From NCBI GenBank assembly GCA_965285935.1, contig OZ260663.1, positions 77,500,001-77,564,000 of the forward strand: DNA of 64,000 nucleotides, read 5' to 3'. This document shows, piece by piece, positions 14,078 through 27,300 of the stretch. The DNA is from Ophelia neglecta. Taxonomy: Eukaryota. Position 1 is the first letter of the stretch, and each line of letters starts with the position of its first letter. The notes under the pieces were generated by a model. It did not search any database and was not told the DNA's origin. It was given only the letters and a program-made list of their open reading frames with translations. The translations under genes and the position numbers were made by a program.

Positions 14078-17000
14078 CTGCGGAAAAAAACAACACCTTA
14101 TTAGATAAAGCCATCTTTTCTATGATGTAAAGGCGTATGGAACGTTATTACGAAGGCAACATGAGAAGCTTCGGCCATTTTGTTTTCGGTGACTTGGCTT
14201 GTACAGATACACTTCTAGCACACCAGAATTTCCTCCCAGTGCCCAGTTGGCATTATTGTTTTCCCCTGAGAGAAGCAAAAAAAAAATAAAAATCAAGAAT
14301 CTTTTTCAACATTCGAGAACATTCAGAAATCTTTTATGTCCATTAGTTATTAAAACAAAACAGAAAATTGATGTAATTTTCAAGCAACTATAGAAGTCCT
14401 TTTTCTTTATACTATCTCCTTTTATTGCCATTTTAATTTTAAAGAGCCTAAATAATTTCCCCCTTTTTCACATAACAAAACTAGTCTGGTATTGATGGCC
14501 GCAATCCAAGTAAAAATACCTTAATTGTTGAATATGCGACCCTGCTCGTGTGAATTATTCATTGAAAATAACACCTTTTATACATACATATAACTTGAGT
14601 CGTTTTATATACCTACTTACGTATACATAGAAACTGTCTGATCTAGTCATTTAGCTATTGGCAGTATTGCCTGTGACATGGAACTAATAGGACTCATATC
14701 AATTGATAAAGACATTTAATTCTGAGTCCAAACATGCCACATACACCCACACCCAGGCTGCTATTACTGTATGCAATAAGCCTGGCAGAACTTGTAATTT
14801 TTTGTTTGGCTCATCTTGCGAACTGCGCGTGGCTTTGGCATGTTTATCGATGACATGATTTCTAGTGCTAATGTATATATATATACGTGTATATATATAT
14901 TTTTAAACAGATTTATACTATATTTTTACTAGCGAGCGGCCACAAAGACAACATTTATACCAGAATAATCACATCCAATTAAGGGACGAATGCGATTGTA
15001 TATTAGACTTCATCTCGGATAATCTTTCAATACAAAAAAAGAGTATTATTCTGTTTTTTTCATTGTTCCTGAAATCGTGTTAGGCTCTGCTTTGATCAGC
15101 TTCAGATCGGGCCCAGGAAACGTCAGTTGTTTACTGCCAACTACCATTAGATAATCCGTACGATCGCGGGAAACTGCTAACTTAATGGACGGCAACGGAC
15201 AACTCCCATTCATATTGGATAAATATGCCATAATATATCACAGTCTACTTAATATTCAGCCATACTTATACATGGAAATATATGTAAACATGCCTATTTA
15301 ATGGCCCACCTGCCGTTGAAGGTTAGGTAAACTTTGCTATATTTGCCAGTTTAAATGAATACTTATTCCAAGAATATCTAGTGATTGATTTTTATCTTTC
15401 AAAACAAATATTGGTTGATCTTTCATTGATATCATCATTAAAATGCAGCCATATACGCTGATATACATACTATAGATAGGCCGTGACATATTTTGTACAG
15501 AAGCGATAGCGCGATATTAAAAAAGAAATCAGTCTCCACACAACAATCGGGCAAACCGAAAATTCAAGGAAAAGTTATATAACATAATTATAACGCCTGC
15601 TCAGACAAGATATTAAAGCATAGTTTATAGGTTAACTATTAAAAGTGATTTCTAATTTTCCTACAACATAAGACACATTATACGCACATTGAACAAGGCG
15701 AGCTTGTGCCTTCATTATACGAGTATAGGTCGTTAACTCAGTATGGACATGTACGTGGTCTCTACGCCAGTGTCTAACATTTCATCTTTTGTTTTTACTG
15801 TTTATATGATTATTCCACAGTCGTCAAAGCCATCATACTCGTGAGGGTTCAATCAAGCATCACTCAGGCCGGTCCGAGAGAGAGAGAGAGCAATCAGAGG
15901 CGGTGTTAAGCCAAGCAGTGGCTCTGGAGATGACTTCTTCATCCCGACATCAAGCGAGATCCATCTGCTAAGACTAGCGAATGATCAATGACATTCTACC
16001 TGATACATCATGGACCAGAAGCGTGTAATTTGGCAAAAACATCAAGAAAAATTCTCTACCGGAAAAAAATATCAAGATTTAATGGAAAAGGCGCCTGAGG
16101 TAAAGTGAACCTAAACGGCACTTAGAACCAATAAAGCTTTAAAATTGAATCCTACAATTTCTGTCATTTGTGAGTGATCATATAATTCATCAAACCATCG
16201 ACTTTCACTGGAACGTGTTTGCACTATACATATGGCCATCTTACAATTATATATAGATATATAGCCTATGTATACATTAGCGTGTGTGTATGTATGTGTG
16301 TGTATGAAACTCAGAACCGGATAGAAAAGTGGTCCATCCTTAGGTGGAGTTCAGGTGTGGTAGGACCCCTTGCGCTGGCCCGTCTCACTTAATCACTCGA
16401 TCAGTGGAAGGACGGTTTACCATCAAGAGTGGCCTTAATCTGAACTCCGTCTAGTACATATTATATCAAGTTAAACATGTTTTCGCTGTGTTTTGAGGGT
16501 GGGAAAGATTTAGAGACCCATTCTTTAATAAATATCTTCTTTTCAAGCGAAACCAAAACAAGATATACATACCAACGCGAGACCTTCTATAGCACATAAA
16601 TAAATAAATCAAAATAAGAGGATATTTTGATAGCAGATTATGAATAATAGTTATCTATGTTAATCAACCACAACATACTAGAGGAAGAAAAGACTACGGT
16701 AAATGCAAAAAAAAACCCAAAAAAACAGAAAACCGGAAACAAGGATCAGAACCTTGAGGGAGAATAATATACTTCCTGTTAATCAACTGGGCTGTATATC
16801 ATAACGACGGTTGTTATTTAACATGGATCTAACAACGGATAATCGCCATAAGCTGGCGCTGGGGCAAACAAAATACCTAAACAAAACATTTTAACATCAA
16901 CTGATCAACCATTAGAGCATGCGCGACGAGACAGCATTGAGACAGATCACTTTCCAGCTAGACATTACTATGTCATCAACAGATAAATGATATTACGTCC

Positions 17001-17197
17001 GTCTACCAAATGGACCTCTATCATGTCTGAGGTGAATACAAAATCTATGACGTCTGTCTGTTCTGTAGGATTGCATCCTCCTCGTGACAGATTACCGCCA
17101 TCGGGATGTCGAGTCTATTAAATGGCACATAATGTTAACACACAGTATTTGGTATTATATATCAATTTTTGCTATTGACAGTGAAACTGTATAAATA

Positions 17198-17374
17198 CAG
17201 GGAAGCCTGTGAATTAAGACCACCAAAGAGACTGGAAAATACTGGTCTGATTTCAGAGGTGGTCTGTTTTGACAGTTTTTAAACATTGAAAGCATACATC
17301 ATGGTCCTCATATAAGTGATCTGAACTGGCAGGTGGTCTGATTATAGGGGTGGTCTTTAAGGCAGGTTTCACTG
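17198..17374. mobile_element. Tc1/mariner(pogo)-type MITE, copy 1
   Basis: TA|CAGGGAAGCCTG...CAGGTTTCACTG|TA terminal inverted repeats with a TA target duplication and internal GGTGGTCT repeats. Homologous to 53328 and 58930. Confidence 0.85.
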
Positions 17375-19059
17375 TATATATATATATTTCACAAGTCCCT
17401 AATTAACCAATATGATACCTGATTTAGAGAACTACATGTCCCGAGGGATGTGTCTAGTATACTTTTTCCCAATAGCGAAGAATATATTTCACCGGACACG
17501 CCCGCTAGTTTTTTGAAAGTTCCCGGGGAACTAACTGGTACAACTAGCCATATCAAGTCCACAGCCCTCAAACAATGAAATGGCTGCAGTTTTCATGGAA
17601 TTATGGAAAGGGGCCGGAGGGGGGCTCGAGGGGGTGGGAGCTTGTGTTTTTTTATTGTCGTAGATGGGGGTAGGGCGTGGGTTTCGGCTATATATATCTT
17701 TTGAAATGTTTCATAGATGTGATTTTTTAAAGGTCTCAGCGGCAGCGGGGGGGGGGGGGGGGGGGGACTTTTTCCCCAGGAGGTGCGTGTCATCCTTGGC
17801 GTGTCTTCTCGAAATCCTCCCCCACGCCAAGACGTAAATAATGAACATTCCTCAATATAATATAATATTGAAATTCGCCATTAAAGTCTATCCTATAGTT
17901 TAACATATTTATTATAGCATTGACATATAGATCTTATCCATTTAAATTGAATTGATAAACATCAGACAGTCATTTTAGTGTCAGTGGCAATATATATTGA
18001 ACTGGCATTACTTGGTATGACAAGCAGTACTCTTCTCCATTCGTTATAGGCCCTCACGAGTACCCATTGGGCATACCAGAGAAACGAAATTATGTGGTGT
18101 AGGCAATTTAACGTCCAAGGCCAATACCATGAAATCTCTTTATTTCTTCAACTTTCTGTTGTGAAAATAAGAGTTACTGTAAGCAAGTAACAAAAAAGGG
18201 CTATGGAACGGTAAGTAGGCCGACTCAGGGAGTCTAAATGGTCGCCTCCGGTTAAAAAGGTAATCAACGTGACGGTGCACTCACAAAATGAATATGAATA
18301 CTTCATGGGAGCTTGAAGCGATAATGTCTGTCGTGCAGCATACAGGCATAGTATCAACGAATAGGGGTCAGCCGACATAGGCCCATACTTCTCCCACCAC
18401 TGGCAATTAGCAGTCTGCAGTTTGGTACGGTAAAATACGTAAAATTGATGTTTTCTACCTAAATATGCATGCATCCAATATGTCTGAAAAGTCATATACA
18501 ATTTAGGGCATGCTGGCAGTGGATTATTCTATCGCAGTTCAAACAAATTAATCAAAAGTAATGGCCTCGGTGATAATAGAGGATATCCGTACAATATTAA
18601 ATTAGAATCCTGCTACATTATTATATACCTGTCAGAAACACTACTCAATTCTAAACCTCTCCTGCGTGTGCAGTTTTGACCTTTTTACAATGCACATAGA
18701 TGGATTTGCCACCGATGTAAACTTTGTTGATTCACAATGTAGTGGGTCGAATTGGTGAAACTATTAAACTGACTGAGATGATGTACATCTGAATAACATT
18801 TTCCTTTGTATCAAAATATATTATCCAGAAAAAAAATGCAGTTGCAAAGTTTTGACATTATATCGACGCCGCCTACTAGGGGGCCAACAAACACCCCATT
18901 GCGAAATTGTCTAAACTGCATGTTTTTTTTTTATTGTGAATTGCGTGGACACTCAATCCGTCAGCACGTGTGTTATCGCCCGTCCGAAATAGTATCTTTA
19001 ATTTACGCTCTTGTCAATCGTGTAAACCCTTATCTATCTAATAGACTATTATCTTTAAT

Positions 19060-20270
19060 TATGGTATAACCAAGGTGAATATCTATCTTCATTTTTATTT
19101 GCTAAGTACATAAATGATTTTGAGGCCGAATTGGTATTTTGTGGCAATATTTCGGGTGTAAGTTTTAATTGAAAAAATTGTTATTCTATTATATGCGGAT
19201 GATGCCGTGATATGTCTGAAACAGCGGAAGGTTTGCAGATTGGCGTAGATACATTGTCAAATTACTGCGATCAGTGGAAACTCGTCCTTAATGTAGACAA
19301 AACACTTTTTTTTCGTAGGGGGCCTAACCATAGACCAAGTACATTCAAATACAAAGACAAATCTTGCTACTTGGGTGTTGTGTTTTCTGGTAACGGTAGA
19401 TGCTACGAGGCTCAATTAACTATGGAAAGTCACACAAAGAACTCATTATTTGATAAACTGGTCCTACTTGTTTCAAATTATATGTCTTGGGATTTCATAA
19501 GTCCTATGACATGTAATAAGTACACCTGAGTTTTTGTAAAAGAATTCTTTGCCTAAGCATTAGTAAAAAAGACAAGTTTGTATATAAAGAATATCGGACG
19601 ATAGTGACTATATATCGGACGATGTGTTCAGATTGTCAAATATTGGTTAAAACTGTCAATAACGGATAATAACAAGCTGTGCAAACGTACATATATTCTT
19701 ATGAAACAAACCAGAAGTGTTAACTGTGCAAATAAAATTTAAAACATGTTATAAATACATGGATTTGAGAATGTATGCATGGAAAGCACAAGCTCCGGGA
19801 AATGATATGAATTCCATGAGTGTGTTCTAGCAAAGAATGTTTGAGACGGCGCTACTTAACATGTGCACCAATTTGTCAATTTCTTCATGAAGGTATTTTG
19901 TATATAGAATTAAGTAAGGACTATTCACTTGCAACACAGACACCGTATGTGTGTTGCGGTCTTGCATACAACCGGGTGATTACATTGTGACGGTTTAGAA
20001 CAAGAAATCACTGGCTTAAAGTGGTAACAGGTGCCTGGGGTAGACAGCATATTGAATTTAATTTAAGAAAGTGTTCGGTGTGCAACAGAGTTGAAGATTA
20101 ATGTGGTGTTTGAGTGTGTTTTATATAAAGAATTAAGAGAGAAAGGTAACTTTTAATTGGATATGGCCATATATGTTTAAATTCGTGGAATTGTTGATTT
20201 GAAAAAGTAAGAAAAAATTAAATAATTTGGCCATATTATAGAGAAGGCGTTGGAAAAACATAAACTGAAA
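19060..20270 (+). mobile_element. Decayed 5'-truncated CR1/L2-group LINE ORF2 (reverse transcriptase and C-terminal region)
   Basis: Translates with frameshifts to QGEYLSSFLFAKYINDFEAEL, LYADDAV (YADD at 19192-19203), SETAEGLQIGVDTLSNYCDQWKLVLNVDKT, YLGVVFS and later RFRTRNHWLKVVTGAW...RKCSVCNRVED...FECVLYKELREK. These are typical non-LTR RT and C-terminal motifs. Confidence 0.9.
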
Positions 20271-20582
20271 AGTGGAAACTTATCATAATCTATTATGGGG
20301 AGTTGCAAATTATTTTGGTTGTGGTATTATCCTATACAGGCATTACTGATATTATAGTATTATTGGTCCTATGTGTTCTCCTGATAATAGGTACAAATAT
20401 AATATACGATAAAAATGTACACATTTGTTAAGACTTCATTAAAAAAAAGTCTTTTGCACGATACATGTTCCTCGCTGCGATTCACACTATTGTCGGTGAT
20501 ACCATGTTGGTCTGTGATAAAATGTTTCCGCGGTTCCGTTGTGTATTCATCCGCCAACATTATTACAACTAATACCTCTTAA

Positions 20583-21065
20583 TGCCTTACTCTAACCAAA
20601 GAAGGCTCAGGAGAAATCGGGCTATCGGTGACATTGGTATGGTCCTCAGCAAAATGCCCGCAAGCCACCCTTGCTCCATCCATTGCTGCGTTGGGCCAAG
20701 CAATAAATTGCAGGCTCCCAAAGCGCTGTGTTAAACAGGGAGTTTCACAGCAAGTATTGTGCATACTGCCAGAAGCCAAATTAGGCTACCGCAAATTCTT
20801 GTGGAGATCTCTTTGCATAACACATGGGCAATTTTGTACAGCCATTTGCTGTGTTAATGAACTGTTATACAGAGTCAGGCATGGCCCTCCAGGGAAATCA
20901 TTAGCATACGGCAGGATAGGCTCGGGTGGTTGCCTACACTTCCGAAGCCTAGGCCGCAGCGTTGGAATGACCTCCAACACAAAAATACCGCTGGAGTGTC
21001 CACATAAACACTTCAACCCAACTCCCTCAGTCATGAAACCAAATTGGGCGGCTAAACGTCCCTAG
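20583..21065 (+). mobile_element. Possible decayed Ty3/Gypsy integrase C-terminal (GPY/F region) remnant
   Basis: About 160 open codons containing LGQAINCR..KR and RKFLW...HGQF....VNELLYRVRHGPPGKS. This resembles the KL...W.GPY.V...LSDLLYRI...P..K..VVH pattern. No catalytic core is seen. Confidence 0.4.
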
Positions 21066-24000
21066 ATATCCAGTTTATCTACGTGCTGGTGGGCGCCCCT
21101 GGTTGGGATGTCCCCAAGGATCTTTTTTTTTACAAACCTTAAAGCAAGAGTCCCCGGGTCTTCAAAAACTAGTATGTCAGGTCAACACGACTGGGAATGC
21201 TAGTATATTAGAGTCCCATCTTAAATATCTTGCTTTATTACGCCCTGCTCTCGACATAGCGGTTTATCGCGTCCTTGGGGTCTTATTATCCTTCGCTGTT
21301 GAGTCCGGGGGAATTTTTCATATATATTCTTATAACATGAATGCTGAGGGTCAGGGTGAAATGACATCGTCTGCCTGGCCCTTACGAGTCAACAGTTAAC
21401 GATCGTTAAAGGAAAAGAGCCGGGGGAACAAATCGTATAGTTTTCGTGAACTGACTTCAATAATTGTCACATTTGGAAGACCCTTCAAATTTCTACTGGA
21501 ACTGCAGTGTTTAGTTCCAGTTCCGGTGAGTGTTGATGATTACACGCTCTACCATAAGGGACATCTGAATATAGGCAAAGCAGATACGGCTGTAGGCTAT
21601 CGCACGTAAAGTCTGGGATATGAACGGAGATTTTAAGAGACCGGTCACCTCGATTCATCATCTCCGGGACAGTGCACTGGCAGCCCCGGACCTGACCTGA
21701 CTTTCATATCTGTCCTTCGCCTCATATGCTTTGATGAAAACACGCGGTGGGTCTTAAAAAGTGATTATCTAAGAAAGGAAAAGTTCATGTGCCCCTCTGT
21801 ACGCTCAAGGCGCGCGGTAGTCGTGCTCATTAATTCACAGTGAACGAAAGGGTAATTTGTGAACCAGCGCACATTGCACTGTTCAGCCATTAACTTGGCA
21901 TCAATTCGTCATTTAAGCTACTTGGGGTAATCTCGTGCTTCCACGTATAACAAGGAAGCGTGTGATATTTTCCTGAAAGGCACGCTTCCTTGTATCAGGA
22001 TGGCTGATGTCTCATTTTTTCCAGCTGCGGTATTATAGGCCTAATCATATACGAATGCCGCTTCTTTACGTTGGGCTGTTTGAGATTTTATTTGCTGAAA
22101 CGATTACTCTTAGCCTGGAGAGAGAACATGCATCATCTGCATGTTATTGCCTGAGACATTTTAAGCAACTCATAGATGGTCACATTTGCCAACCGCTATC
22201 ACATCTGGTCAGGGCAGACCTTTGACACTCTGCCTCCAAGCAGACGTACGTGTACATAATTTATCCCGTTTTCCGTAAGTAACGTAAAAGGTTTCCACGT
22301 CCTGGGAACAGGGATGTCACTTGAGCGCCAGACATGTGAGTTTCGACGGTGAGGCCATCGTTATGGGAGACAGTCACGTTACCGTTGATGGATCGTAGAC
22401 TTCTCATACGGGGACAGCCCGGCGTATATTGTGCCATAAACACAGGAAGTTAGGAAGGAAATTAAGGGGATGCCTCCTATATTGACCAGGCAGACTGACA
22501 CAAGGTGACATGGACCCAGGTGCTATGGGCGTCCCAGTGGTGTCCTTACACTGTATATCAAAACCTTCATTTGATGCGACAGACGACGAGAAGTTTATGC
22601 ACCATGACACATCGCAAGTTTTAAAGGACAATTTCTGACACAGATTTCCCGAGTTTTATAATTCAATCTAGCACCCATTGAAACAAGGACAAACTAAAAG
22701 CCTCCGTACCAAAAATCAAAGCTCAGTTTTTGCGATATGAATGTGAAATGAGCACTTGTTTATTGTCCACAAAACACCACAATTCCCAAGGGAAAAGGAG
22801 ACTGAATATTTCCCTTGCTGTTTTACGTGACCATTTCGGTGGATGGAACACAGGGTTTTTTTTATGTATTATTACTTCATTTACTGTTTCCATGCACGCC
22901 ACTTCCGGTTTGCAATCACATTGGTTTTCGCTTCGAGGATTTTCTTTCTTCTCGAGGTGGATTCTATAATGTGAATGACGCTTTCTCTTTTGTCACAAAG
23001 AGCTGAATTAAAGGGCGGTTGATTACATGTTGCCCCGACACGTTGCTTGTGGCTCTGTAAAGATATTGGACGAATTCCTACGCGACTTGTTATAATATGC
23101 TTCTAGGCGCCAGTGAACAAATGGGGCGACACTTTCAGGAACATTCTACATAGGTCCTTATCTATACATATACATTGTCACGCTTTAGACATACTTTGGA
23201 GATTTAGTTGGCCGTGACATGTACAAAATCTGCCAAGTCCACAAAAATGGAACACAATGGCATTCGCTCAAAGCAAAAAAGCTATTACGCTAGGACCACA
23301 CATGATCCGAGGCAACCCTCAAGAGAGCCGTCGTTTCGCAAGGTCAAGAGGCATTAAGGCACGGAAAGCGGTATTTTTATGAAATGCCTGTCTATGGAAG
23401 GAGGCAGTATTTTCTCCCGCGGATGATCGATATACATGCATTATATGTGGTGGCTGAGCAAACTGTCCGTATTACATATAGCAGCATGAGAAGGACACGA
23501 CGATCCTCTCGTGGGGGGCATCGATGTGTGTATGTGGGGGCTTTAATAGCACACATGGCCGGAAGTGCGTCATGTATTTACCTCGTTAAAACGGACTTCA
23601 GCGTTGTTGCGTTCCTGCAGACGACTGTTAATGTCCCGAATTTAAAAGGGTGAAGGGCCCCATTGAAGGATGCCGATTTTTGGCGAGATTTCAGTTCGAC
23701 CGGCGTATCAGCATACATTCTACTTCAGCATCGTAGTAGTAAAGTAGTAGCAAAATGGTTTTGCAGACTTCTATTAACCCTATTAAGGCAGCAAGAAAGT
23801 GGTTGCTCCATTAGTATTGTGCCTTTTTACATAAGTGGCCGGCAATGCTATATCACGGGAATACAAGCACTGTTTTGTCCACCAAGTTAACCTTTACTTT
23901 TAACTGGTCTTAGTGCAGCGTGGCAGTCTGAAAGTCGATGAAAATACATCAAATCACGACCGAAGTTATGACTTTGGTAGATAAAGCAACGTCAGAAGAC

Positions 24001-27000
24001 AATTTTCATATCACTTTTCATGGCTGACAACCAACTACGAGATTGCAATCTGTTGGTGGCCGACTCGGGAAGATTTACCCCTGTCAAGGAAACACTATAT
24101 AACCATATAAAATGACTTGAAGCTGTGGCGTTCACTTAATGATGGCAAAAAAAACAACAAATATGTTTTATCAGAACACATCAACCACTATTCAATTGGC
24201 TAACAACGCTTACTTGATAATGATATCAAAGGCTCGTTTATCCTACAAACGCCCTGTCCCAGCCACATTTTATGGTTGGAGTATATATCATGAATTATGC
24301 GCATACAACTAGTTTCTTTTTAATTACCACCCACGTTATAACATTATACCTTGCATGTACTATATATCATTGGTTTTACAAAGCGGAGGAGGTGAATACG
24401 ATGAATGCCATTAGCAGACACAGATGGCCTCTGATATTAATAATGTAAATCTATTTTGCTACATGCTTGACAAAATACCTGGCATCAGCCACAAACGTTT
24501 GAGTCTTCATTAGAAAGGGCAATATGATTCGTAGGAGCAACAGGTATGATACCTGACGTGCAAAGGCAATAAACCCGATAGGCAACCATCGTGCTTCTTT
24601 TAAACAACCAGACTAAAAGTCAACTCTTATATCTGAAGAAAAAATAAATACCATTCCTTCAATTGAATTAAGCTAATACTTAAAAATTAGCCCTACATTG
24701 GTTTGGGTTGGCAGCAATGGAATGCTTTTGTCGTGATTTGAGTGGCGGGGTCAACGTTGCAAATGAGAACACCCAGCACCTAATTTGCTGTAATGAGAAA
24801 TCCATTTCTGTTTTTCGCTAATGTAATAGAGTTTCCTGAAATCTAGGCGACCAAATGGCAGCGAGCGCCTTTTATGAAGGAGGAACAATGAAACGGACTT
24901 CCGGGAGTGGGGTCTACATTGTACAGAAATCCAAGTAAACTTCGCGATCAGAAAAATCTCCAAAATCTTTTTCACTATGTATATTTGACGTGAATTTCTT
25001 TCGCCGAGGGAGTTTTGTAAAGAGAGGAAATGAGGGATTTGTATAGGGAAACCGCATCCAGAAAATGAGTGCCAGCTAAGAACGAGTGCAAAACCCGTTG
25101 TTGTTTTCTGACTTAAGTCAAAATCTTAAGTCTCCAACTTAACAGAATTCCGCCCCTGGTCGTTAGCATAGTTTGAGTTGAAAGACTATCATTGTTGAAT
25201 TCTATAAAACAAGGAGTACGACAAAATCACAGGATATTGCTTCACTTTTGTTATTATAGTTACTCCTGTTATAACTGTTCTATTCACATGGTTGACCCAA
25301 ATGATGCCTAGTTATAAAAAGCATTTTTAAGGCTGAAATCTCACCGATTTTAATAGAACTACCATGAACTGCCCGTGTTGGAAGTATGGCAGCCCACACA
25401 TCTTTTAAAAGAAGGGTGTTGAGCATTGTTAAATTTGTTCCTAAAAGACCGACTCAAATGAATGTCAACGGACTGTTTCAACACAAATATTGTAGATGGT
25501 GTGCTTTAAATCAATTTACATATTATAGCGCATGCGTATGCTGAGAGACCTATATACCGGTAGAGACCTGTATTAATCCCATGTATTCTCAAATATGCGA
25601 GGAATCTGTGATTCAGGTGGTGATTTAGGCAACCCATTACCATCCCCGCGACTGTCATTCACCCTCGGCCTACCGCCATTTTTAATAAAAACCAGATATT
25701 GGCGGTAAATCGAGGGCAGCCTTCATATTCATTTATGTCGTACAAGAGACATCTTTCACCAATAGCAGTGTAAGCACTATGACGCAATCTATTCGACGGA
25801 TAGGCACGTTAGTATCAAGCTTAGACGAGCAGTGTGACTGTCGCTTTCCACTTAAACATGTCACATACAAGTAACCCCCGGTGTGTTGATTACTTGTTAA
25901 GCGTCCTTTTAATATAATACATTTGCTATCAACAAAATGAAATATTTGTTTAAAAAATTATTATATTTCAAATTCTATTAAAAAAAGGAAGCATTTTTTG
26001 TTCTGATTAGCGTAGATCAGTTTAAAAGCATATGTGTAGACCTTGGCCTATAAAATGTGGATAAAAATATCATTTGACATTAAAATAGTCTATGATATGA
26101 TTGATAGAACTTCATATGTCATCCAAATATCTCAATTGTTAAGTGTAAAGGTCAGCCTTACAGTTTCAACCTGCGCAGAAACCCATTAAAGAATTCAGTT
26201 GTGTTGATGTCATATATTATTAAAAGATTACTTAAAGATAGTGTGCGCAGCCTAGTCATTTTGAATACTTAATAAATTAATTTTTTTTTTTTTTTTCAAA
26301 TGGACCCAAGAGCATCATACAATTACGGTGACAGAATCGCTCCATTTTGTCTTGCCATAGTAACTATCAGAGGCCTTTTGTCGCATAAGTTGGTTCCTGA
26401 AACCCTATGTAGCAGAGTTCGGGACTGGGAATCAGTGCTAACTCACACAAAAATGCATTTATGAATAGACCATGTGGCTATGTCATCAGCTTTGCGGGAC
26501 TCTACATTAATTCTCTTGAGGTTACAGCAAAGCGGAATCACAAAAACTATGTTAAATCGGCACTCTGCTGTTCGTCTGTACTACCTTTTAAAATCATTGA
26601 ATATCTATTTGTCTGAATGAATTGTGCAGGCAAATGTTTAGTGTGAGCAAACAAACGCAAAAACGTTTGTGTTCAGCAGTGAAGAAAACACAATATTTGC
26701 ATATGTCTCTTTTCTCGGCATTTTCATGTTATATACAATTTTCTCATTGGAAATACTTCTTATTGAGATAAAATGATATCCAAATTGTAGTCATTTCAAT
26801 TTTATCCTATGGTTAAACGACGAAATAGTGATTAACAATACATTGTTAAATGACGTAAATTGGTGAATTTACATCGCTTGACACGTGTCCTCGGCAGTCA
26901 ATGTAATCTACTTTCTGTTGCCTCCTGTCAATTACAACATGTACTGGATAACAAATTATTCATGGCCAATCCATTTATCATGCCAATCAAGATATATTTA

Positions 27001-27221
27001 GTAGTTAAGCGGGAAAAGTACTGAACATACCAGACAGAGTGCTAGTTTTAATATGAGATTGCTTTAAATGATGTGTGTTACTGTTGCGAATGATCAAAAC
27101 ATCATACTATAACAAGGGCCAAAAGGCCTCAACAATGGAATTACGGGGCCAGGCAGAGGGTTTGTCTAGGTAGAGTACATAGCAGCAACTAAGTAGGCCT
27201 ATATGCATTAAGCTATAATTG

Positions 27222-27300
27222 TACCGGTGTGGCGGTCTGAGTTAAGCGGTCTGATTTTAGCGGTCTGATTTTACCGATCGGTCTGAGGTTACCGGTGACT
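27222..27300. repeat. Short array of about 14-bp GCGGTCTGATTTTA units flanked by ACCGGTG
   Basis: Four CGGTCTGA cores. Likely a transposon terminal relic. Confidence 0.65.
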
